DNA from: a bacterium | Lineage (GTDB): Bacteria; UBA6262; WVXT01 | NCBI GenBank assembly: GCA_046759165.1 | Contig: JBHIBS010000041.1 | Span: 1 to 12,770, forward strand | Length of the DNA: 12,770 nt | Reading direction: 5' to 3' | Shown here: positions 6,953 to 12,770 of the stretch, in pieces | Position numbering within the stretch: position 1 is the first letter of the stretch | Layout: each line of letters starts with the position of its first letter | The notes under the pieces: generated by a model | Seen by the model: the letters and a program-made list of their open reading frames with translations, nothing else | Told to the model about the DNA's origin: nothing | Database searches by the model: none | Made by a program: the position numbers and the translations under genes

Positions 6953-7495
6953 TCATACCTTTACTCGTGTCCTCAACCCGATTGCCCTCTTCACAATTAA
7001 TGCGCCCACCACAATCTTAACTGCATCCCCAGGCAAAAAGGGCAGAACTCCCAAAAACAGGGCTTTCGCCAGGTTCAACCTTGCCACCCACATCAGCCAG
7101 CCCACTCCCGGTAAATATATCGCCAGAAGTCCCACCACCATAGCCAGACATACTAATTCAAAAGGGGGATTCTCTCTTCTCTCCACCAGAAACCCAACAA
7201 CGAAAGCAGCTGGGATAAACCCCACCAGGTACCCACCAGTGGGTCCCAGAAGAGCACCGATTCCACTTGAACCCTTGGCAAAGACCGGAAGCCCGACAAC
7301 TCCCAGGAGAAGATAGATCATTTGACTTAAAGCCCCCAGATACTTCCCCAGTAGAGCCCCTGCCAGAAAAGTGAAAAATATCTGAAGAGTAATGGGAACA
7401 GGGGTGAACGGTAAGGGAATAGCAATCAGTCCTCCCGCTGCAGTCAAAGCTGCAAAGAGAGCGCAGAGAATCATCCCTTTCGTTTTCAGTAACAT
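6953..7495 (-). CDS. bioY: Biotin transporter BioY (ECF S component)
   Basis: About 180 aa and highly hydrophobic, with PVPITLQ..F..LAGALLG, YLLLG.VGLPVFA.G.SG, GPTGGYLVGF and PFLPGDAVK motifs. Confidence 0.93.
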   Translation of the reverse strand: MLLKTKGMILCALFAALTAAGGLIAIPLPFTPVPITLQIFFTFLAGALLGKYLGALSQMIYLLLGVVGLPVFAKGSSGIGALLGPTGGYLVGFIPAAFVVGFLVERRENPPFELVCLAMVVGLLAIYLPGVGWLMWVARLNLAKALFLGVLPFLPGDAVKIVVGALIVKRAIGLRTRVKV

Positions 7496-7541
7496 CTTCC
7501 GTTCCTGAAAAGCAAAGACTCCCTTCCTAACCGAAATCTTC

Positions 7542-9377
7542 TCAAAAGTCTAATTTAATCCCGCAGTTAAGCGAACTTCCGGGCATAGGCACTCCCGGTA
7601 TCTCTTCGTAGGAGGCATCTAAGAGATTGGTAGCTCCTAAGTGAAATTCTAACTGCCCCAGGGTTTTAGAGAGCCGACCGTCAACAATGAAATATCCTCT
7701 CTTATGGCTATGTTGTTTATATGTCCCTCTTAAATTCTGGAGAATTCCCCACGGGAGAGGAAAGCGGATTCCCAGAGAGACCTGGTGCTGGGGATGACCC
7801 AATGCATACTTCGAAATATAATTTTCCAACTCTTCCGACTCCGATTTGAGAAAGGTATAACCGAGAGAGAGGCGAGTTGATCTCTTCAATCCAACTTCGA
7901 AGAGGGACTCCACTCCGTAAGTGTAGACCTTCCCAATCTTCACCGCCTCCCACGGGGACAGAGAATCCCTCCTCACCCAGTCAATTAGATTCCGTTCTTT
8001 CCTGAGGAGGAGAGTAGTTCTGGAATGTAACCAAGTATTTAGGCCAAAATCTCCTCCCAACTCATATGACCAGGCCTCTTCAACTACCAGTTTGGGATTA
8101 CCTACATTTTTGGGACTCCAATAATAAAGCTCCGTATAATCAGGAGGTCTAAACGACCTCCCAAAAGAAGAGTGCAGCCTCATCTTGCGTGAGGGATGGT
8201 AACCTATATTCATTGCTGGAGAAAACTGCCAGCCCCATTCTGAGTGGTGATCTATTCTAATTCCTGGATTGAGGGTGAACTTCCTGCCTAAGGAGAATCC
8301 CCACTCTGTGTAGATTGCCATTTTGACATTCGAATGGTCGCCTAGCCGGGTGCTCGCTAACTCCTCTTTCGCCACCTCTGTGCCCAGGACAAATTCTCCT
8401 CCTCTTTTTGATTGAGTTCGCAGCTGGACTTCGCTTCCGTAAAGGTAACTAGTGTGATAGTTTACATAAGAATCGGGGTCAGTGACATCCCCAGTAAATT
8501 TGTCGTCGTGCTGGCGGTAATATAGTCTGGACTCAACTACCAAATTTTCCCATTTTTCAATTTGTGCTCTTATACCTCCCAATATGGTATTTGTCCACTC
8601 CCTGGAAGGCCAATTCCCATAGAAACCGTTTGCTCCGAACTCCTTTTCTAAATACCCAAAGGAGAAGCCAATTGAGCCCTTTGAAATATCTAATGTAGAA
8701 TTACTGAAAAAGGAGAGCCGTTTAAAATCAGTACCAAATCGGTAACCATCGGACATCTTTCCTCCCAGAGAGAATCGGGTGCCAAAATTCCCGAACCAAT
8801 CAGAGAAGGAAAAAGTTCCACCTGTCGTTCCGTTTTCACCAGCAAAAGCCTCAAAACCTACTTTACGGTGTTCCGGAGCCTTTGTAATAAAGTTAATAAC
8901 CCCTCCAAAGGCGTCAGCACCATAAAGAGAGGAACCATGTCCGTGAAGGACTTCAATCCTTTCCAGGTCTTCCAAGTTTATTGGCAAATCGAGATTATGA
9001 TGTCCAGTCTGGGGGTCGTTCATCCGCACTCCATCGAGGAGAATCAGAACCTGATGAAAAGTAACTCCCCTTAGGCCGAGGTCGGCCTGCACCCCATAAG
9101 GTCCTCGTTCCTGCAGATCCACACCAGGAGCGTATTTCAAAACCTCTATAACCGAGTGGACAGGAGAGGAGCTAATCTCATCAGGACCAATAATGTTCAC
9201 ATTTCTCAAAATAAGAGAGGCAGGCCTGCGAATCCTTGTGCCCGTGATAACTACTGTACCCAGATCGCCAAGATAGGATTCCTCTTCCACAAAGGAAGCT
9301 AAAGGATGACCGCACATAAATAAGAGCAGGAGAAAAAGTAGAAATATTTTCTTCGAAATCTTCAACTTCGTTTCCAC
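7542..9377 (-). CDS. TonB-dependent outer-membrane receptor (compact, BtuB-like architecture); substrate unknown
   Basis: Signal peptide, TonB box-like DLGTVVITGTR, plug motifs (LRG....VLILLDGVRM; LERIEVLHGHGSSLYGADAFGGVINFITK), barrel motifs (SFGRSFRPP.YTELY, GNPKL..E, NLLDASY), and a C-terminal Phe beta-signal (KLDF). Confidence 0.92.
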   Translation of the reverse strand: METKLKISKKIFLLFLLLLFMCGHPLASFVEEESYLGDLGTVVITGTRIRRPASLILRNVNIIGPDEISSSPVHSVIEVLKYAPGVDLQERGPYGVQADLGLRGVTFHQVLILLDGVRMNDPQTGHHNLDLPINLEDLERIEVLHGHGSSLYGADAFGGVINFITKAPEHRKVGFEAFAGENGTTGGTFSFSDWFGNFGTRFSLGGKMSDGYRFGTDFKRLSFFSNSTLDISKGSIGFSFGYLEKEFGANGFYGNWPSREWTNTILGGIRAQIEKWENLVVESRLYYRQHDDKFTGDVTDPDSYVNYHTSYLYGSEVQLRTQSKRGGEFVLGTEVAKEELASTRLGDHSNVKMAIYTEWGFSLGRKFTLNPGIRIDHHSEWGWQFSPAMNIGYHPSRKMRLHSSFGRSFRPPDYTELYYWSPKNVGNPKLVVEEAWSYELGGDFGLNTWLHSRTTLLLRKERNLIDWVRRDSLSPWEAVKIGKVYTYGVESLFEVGLKRSTRLSLGYTFLKSESEELENYISKYALGHPQHQVSLGIRFPLPWGILQNLRGTYKQHSHKRGYFIVDGRLSKTLGQLEFHLGATNLLDASYEEIPGVPMPGSSLNCGIKLDF

Positions 9378-9763
9378 CAGTTCTTCTTACGTAACCCCTC
9401 CTCACAAAAGCCCAGCTCAACCCACTCGCAGCCTTTACAAATCGCGAGCAATTCTTCCGGCTGAATTCTTTTCTCTACCAAATTTAACAAACTTTTTGAT
9501 TTCACTTTTCTCCCAATACCTATCTTAAGCCTATCAACGATTTCCCGGTCAAACTCTTCAACGTTCCTTCCGGGCTTACTACATCTATTTTCAACATTAT
9601 GGGGACACTTTGAGCAAATATCATCAACACCATTAACCACCTCAATCTTTATCGATGGATTTTCTCTTATCCTATCTACTATTCCTTGCATATTCTCCAC
9701 GAATTCCTCACTATAACCCAGACCCCGGAATCCGTAGAAACACAGAAGATGGTGTGCCCGCAA
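9362..9763 (-). CDS. DUF1284-like Cys-rich putative metal/Fe-S binding protein
   Basis: LRAHHLLC..GFRG.GYS.EFVENM, DDICSKCP and C-terminal CKGCEW...FC match the DUF1284 pattern as I recall it. The start codon is uncertain (TTG 9763 or CTG 9784). Confidence 0.78.
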   Translation of the reverse strand: MRAHHLLCFYGFRGLGYSEEFVENMQGIVDRIRENPSIKIEVVNGVDDICSKCPHNVENRCSKPGRNVEEFDREIVDRLKIGIGRKVKSKSLLNLVEKRIQPEELLAICKGCEWVELGFCEEGLRKKNWWKRS

Positions 9764-9770
9764 TTTTATG

Positions 9771-11213
9771 TTATCTCTTTTCAGTGCTTAAGCTCCTCAA
9801 TATATCCCAGTATGCTCCACGGTATCCCCTTCTGATTGCCTGAATCAAAACTTGATTCTGGTTATAATTGTATCCACTCTGTTGGTCATTCCTTGTAGCA
9901 AAAAAGAATCTCCTATCACCTTCGATTAATCCAGATATATAGGAGTGGACATCTCCCCCAAGTTTTTTAGAGACATAGAATACAGGCTCAAAGAAATCAC
10001 TATTCCCACGAACTTTACCCTGTAAGTTTCTGTTTTCCTCCATCGGACTTTCCTTTAAAACCATATCTCCCAGCCCAGTTCCTGCATATATTCTTACCCC
10101 AACCATTACTCCCACTCTATCCGGTTCCGTTTCTCTCATCAACTCAATCGTCTCCCTCACCGTTTCAGCAGTCTCTCCCGGTCCTCCCAGAAGGAGGTCG
10201 AACATAAATGTAATACCATAGATATGGCAGAGTCTTGCCGTATTTCTTATTTCATCCTTTCCAAAGTCACGGCCCAAATTTTTCAATATCTCCCTATTTC
10301 CATTATCTACGCCGAAGTCGATTCCCCTACAGCCTGCTATCTTCATAAGCCTCGCCAACTCTTCAGAAAAAGGACTGGGACTACAATATGCATACCAGTC
10401 TATTTTCTTGTCGATTCCTCGACCGATTATCTGTTGACAGACCGCTTTTGCATGCTCCTGGGGAAGGTTAAACTCGCTATCGCAAAAGTGGAAATAATTG
10501 ATCCCTTCTTCCAGCAAGGTTTCCAGTTCATTCACCACTTCCTCTGGATTCCTTAGACGAATATTTCTTCCTTTAGCCACAGGATCAACACAATAAATAC
10601 ATCTCTGATTACATCCGCGTTTTGTTTCAATGTTCCCCTGACCCCCTTCATTAAAATATCTGCTGTTATCGACCAGGTTTCTCTGCCTGAGAGATAATTT
10701 ATTCAGATCAAAGTATTCCGGCGAGTTGCTAACAAATCCTCCGTAAACTCTATAGACCAATCCAGGAAAGTTTCTATAATCCCTCCCCTCGGCTATCCTA
10801 TCGAGAAGGAGGGGCAGGATCTCTTCTCCATCCCCCCTTATTCCCAAGTCCACTCCGAAATATCTTAGAATCCTTTTGGGCATTATTGAAAAACCGACCC
10901 CTCCCAGAATAATGGGAACATCTGTCTTAGTTTTGAGATACTTGACTATCTCCCTTATCTCAGGAAGAAAGAAGTCCTGGCTCAGGAGATAACAGTCATC
11001 TGTATTCCTGACCGTAATTCCTATAGAGAGAACTGATTCCTTCCTGAAATAATCGTCTATCGCCTTTCTATAATCCTCCGAAAAACAGAGGTCAAGTAAA
11101 TCAACAATATACCCTGTCCGAGTGAGTGCCTCAGCGAGATAATCGAGCCCCAGTGGAGCTATAGCTGGCTTCATCCGATTCGTATTGACAAGTAGAACCC
11201 TCTTATTATCCAT
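9771..11213 (-). CDS. Cobalamin-dependent radical SAM protein (class B methyltransferase-like, TsrM-like)
   Basis: N-terminal B12-binding Rossmann domain (PLGLDYLA, GITVRNTD, IILGGVGFS, GDGE), then ETKRGCNQRCIYC (CxxxCxxC), DSEFN and LLGGPGET. Confidence 0.88.
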   Translation of the reverse strand: MDNKRVLLVNTNRMKPAIAPLGLDYLAEALTRTGYIVDLLDLCFSEDYRKAIDDYFRKESVLSIGITVRNTDDCYLLSQDFFLPEIREIVKYLKTKTDVPIILGGVGFSIMPKRILRYFGVDLGIRGDGEEILPLLLDRIAEGRDYRNFPGLVYRVYGGFVSNSPEYFDLNKLSLRQRNLVDNSRYFNEGGQGNIETKRGCNQRCIYCVDPVAKGRNIRLRNPEEVVNELETLLEEGINYFHFCDSEFNLPQEHAKAVCQQIIGRGIDKKIDWYAYCSPSPFSEELARLMKIAGCRGIDFGVDNGNREILKNLGRDFGKDEIRNTARLCHIYGITFMFDLLLGGPGETAETVRETIELMRETEPDRVGVMVGVRIYAGTGLGDMVLKESPMEENRNLQGKVRGNSDFFEPVFYVSKKLGGDVHSYISGLIEGDRRFFFATRNDQQSGYNYNQNQVLIQAIRRGYRGAYWDILRSLSTEKR

Positions 11214-11257
11214 TTTTCAATTACTTTCTTTCCAAAGAAACTTACCCTAAATACAGG

Positions 11258-11286
11258 TTGACGAAATTGGATTTATATAATAAACT
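11258..11286 (+). promoter_or_regulatory. sigma70-type promoter facing a non-coding hairpin
   Basis: TTGACG (11258-11263), 17 nt spacer, TAAACT (11281-11286). The predicted start site (~11292) coincides with the 5' end of the hairpin. Confidence 0.65.
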
Positions 11287-11292
11287 TGAAAT

Positions 11293-11381
11293 AGAGCGGT
11301 AAGACCGTTTCGGGTTCGAGGCGTTCCCTTTCATCGGGTAGGGCCTCAAATTTAGAAGCCCGGACGGCACGCTCTTTTTTT
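11293..11381 (+). ncRNA. Candidate ~90 nt structured small RNA (rod-like hairpin ending in a U7 tract)
   Basis: Nested pairings AGAGCG/CGCTCT, CCGT/ACGG, TCGGGTT/AGCCCGG, GAGGC/GCCTC and CCC/GGG, followed by TTTTTTT. It is a GC-rich island in an AT-rich gap directly after a promoter. Confidence 0.55.
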
Positions 11382-11629
11382 ATAGCTACATTTGGTCAAA
11401 GAGTACTTTACCTCTAAAAATATCAAACCGCGAAGTATCTCGCCTCCCATACTTACGAAATATTCCTCAAAAAACATATCTCTTGCCTGTATAAAGTTCT
11501 ATTTTTGTTTGATGAAGGATGTGCTCTCAAGCCCCAAAGCCTTTTGACATTTCCGCTTAACAATGAACTTCTCATCTGTTCATCAAGGATTGTAAATCTT
11601 GCAGGGAAATTTGGAAATAGAGACAGACA

Positions 11630-12718
11630 CTATTCTTTGAGCCGACATTTAGTAGGTTCCCTGCCCGAAGGTCCGGAACAATTATTGCAAGAGACACATT
11701 CAGCTCTCCTGAAGTCTCCTCCTCTGATTCTATTGGGCAAATCTGGTTCTCTAATAAGAGGCCTGGAAAGACCTATGAGGTCAGCCGCTCCTTCTTCCAA
11801 TATTTTTCTCATAGTCTCAGGCTTCCTCAGTCCCCCCACTAAAATGGTAGGCACACCAGTTACTTTCTTCACCATTTCTGAATACGGTCTAAAATAGGCT
11901 TCTTTCCTCATCCATAGGAGATCTTTTCTACCTTTCCTGTACCTACTTCCAGCAAGTCCACCAGAAAGTTCAATTCCATCGATGCCAAGTTCGGCAAGCT
12001 TCCTAACCACTTCACAGGCCTCTTTTACGGTGAGGCCGCCTTCAACGAAATCTCCTGCTGGAATTTTTGCCAAAACAGGATAATCTTTCCCAACTGTTTC
12101 TCTAATACCTCTATAAACCTGTAGAAGAAAGCGCATTCTATTATTTACGCTCCCTCCCCAGGAATCTTCTCTCTTATTGGTTAGAGGTGAAAGGAACTGA
12201 TTTATGAGATATCCGTGAACAGAGTGAATCTGCACCCCATCAAATCCTGCATTCTTCACTCTTCGAGCAGCCTGAGCAAAAAGGTCTATTACTTCTTCAA
12301 TCTCTTCCTGGTCCATTCCTCTTGAAATGATTCCAAGCGGCTTATATTCGATTGTTGAAGGTCCTATGGGAGTCTCCTCTCCTACATCTTTATCTCGCAT
12401 GCCACCACAGTGGTTGATTTGCATCACTATCTTTGTCTTGAGTTTATGAACTCCATTAACCAATTTTTTGAGGGCTGGGATTAAACCGTCCTTATGGATA
12501 CCTGTCATCCTGCGGTCAGCCTTTCCCAGAAGGTGTATATAGGCATGGCCTGTTATGATAAGTCCTACTCCTCCCCGAGCAAGCCTCGTATAGAGATTTA
12601 CCATTCCCTGAGTTAACCTTCCGTCCTGGGAGGCCATTCTCTCTGCGGTTGCGGTTCTTACGAACCTGTTTTTCAAAACCATGCTATCTATTCTTATTGG
12701 TTTAAACAGAATCTCCAT
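11630..12718 (-). CDS. NADH:flavin oxidoreductase (Old Yellow Enzyme family) with a C-terminal Cys cluster
   Basis: LKNRFV, GGVGLIITG, MQINHCG, AGFDGVQIHSVHGYLINQFLSP.TN.R.D.WGGS..NR.RF, RPLIREPDL, and C-terminal CVSCNNC-x10-C. Confidence 0.92.
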   Translation of the reverse strand: MEILFKPIRIDSMVLKNRFVRTATAERMASQDGRLTQGMVNLYTRLARGGVGLIITGHAYIHLLGKADRRMTGIHKDGLIPALKKLVNGVHKLKTKIVMQINHCGGMRDKDVGEETPIGPSTIEYKPLGIISRGMDQEEIEEVIDLFAQAARRVKNAGFDGVQIHSVHGYLINQFLSPLTNKREDSWGGSVNNRMRFLLQVYRGIRETVGKDYPVLAKIPAGDFVEGGLTVKEACEVVRKLAELGIDGIELSGGLAGSRYRKGRKDLLWMRKEAYFRPYSEMVKKVTGVPTILVGGLRKPETMRKILEEGAADLIGLSRPLIREPDLPNRIRGGDFRRAECVSCNNCSGPSGREPTKCRLKE

Positions 12719-12736
12719 ATTCCTATCCAGCAGATC

Positions 12737-12760
12737 GGGCTCAATAAATTGAGCCCCTAC
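12737..12760 (-). repeat. GTAG-family REP element
   Basis: Minus strand GTAG-GGGCTCAAT-TT-ATTGAGCCC: a GTAG tetranucleotide abutting a perfect palindrome. Confidence 0.75.
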
Positions 12761-12770
12761 AATTAGTGTA

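Noticed and set aside
7717-9420. Alternative-frame minus-strand ORFs 7717-7953 and 9181-9420
   Set aside because: They are nested out of frame within the TBDR and DUF1284 genes, with no independent support.
617-10556. Numerous plus-strand ORFs in the track (e.g. 617-829, 1886-2215, 2487-3113, 3274-3750, 5216-5518, 10224-10556)
   Set aside because: They are antisense shadows of well-supported minus-strand genes, with no recognisable motifs or RBS.
11235-11263. Possible BirA operator (AAGAAAC-N15-GTTGACG) upstream of the bioY-containing gene run
   Set aside because: Only one half-site resembles the TGTnAAC/GTTnACA consensus, and that half is already explained as a -35 element.
11214-11629. 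Cobalamin riboswitch upstream of the B12 enzyme and TBDR
   Set aside because: No B12-box or other cobalamin riboswitch consensus was recognised on the minus strand.

Overview
An almost entirely minus-strand window from a probably diderm bacterium (it encodes a TonB-dependent receptor and type IV pilin-like genes). In transcription order (right to left) it holds four blocks. (1) An Old Yellow Enzyme-family NADH:flavin oxidoreductase, followed by a ~415 bp gap that contains a plus-strand promoter, hairpin and U-tract unit (candidate small RNA). (2) A tightly packed four-gene run: TsrM-like cobalamin-dependent radical SAM enzyme, DUF1284-like Cys-rich protein, TonB-dependent receptor and BioY. 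(3) A sigma70 promoter and a Moco-class riboswitch lacking P3 (tungsten-cofactor-type variant) with a clear terminator/antiterminator platform, leading tupABC, then moaA, moaC and mogA. REP-like palindromes lie between tupC and moaA, and a ~190 bp foldback element lies between moaC and mogA. (4) A separately promoted minor-pilin operon in which a membrane-anchored HEAT-repeat protein sits between a PilV-like and a PilX-like gene. All family assignments come from motif recognition by eye; no database searches were run.
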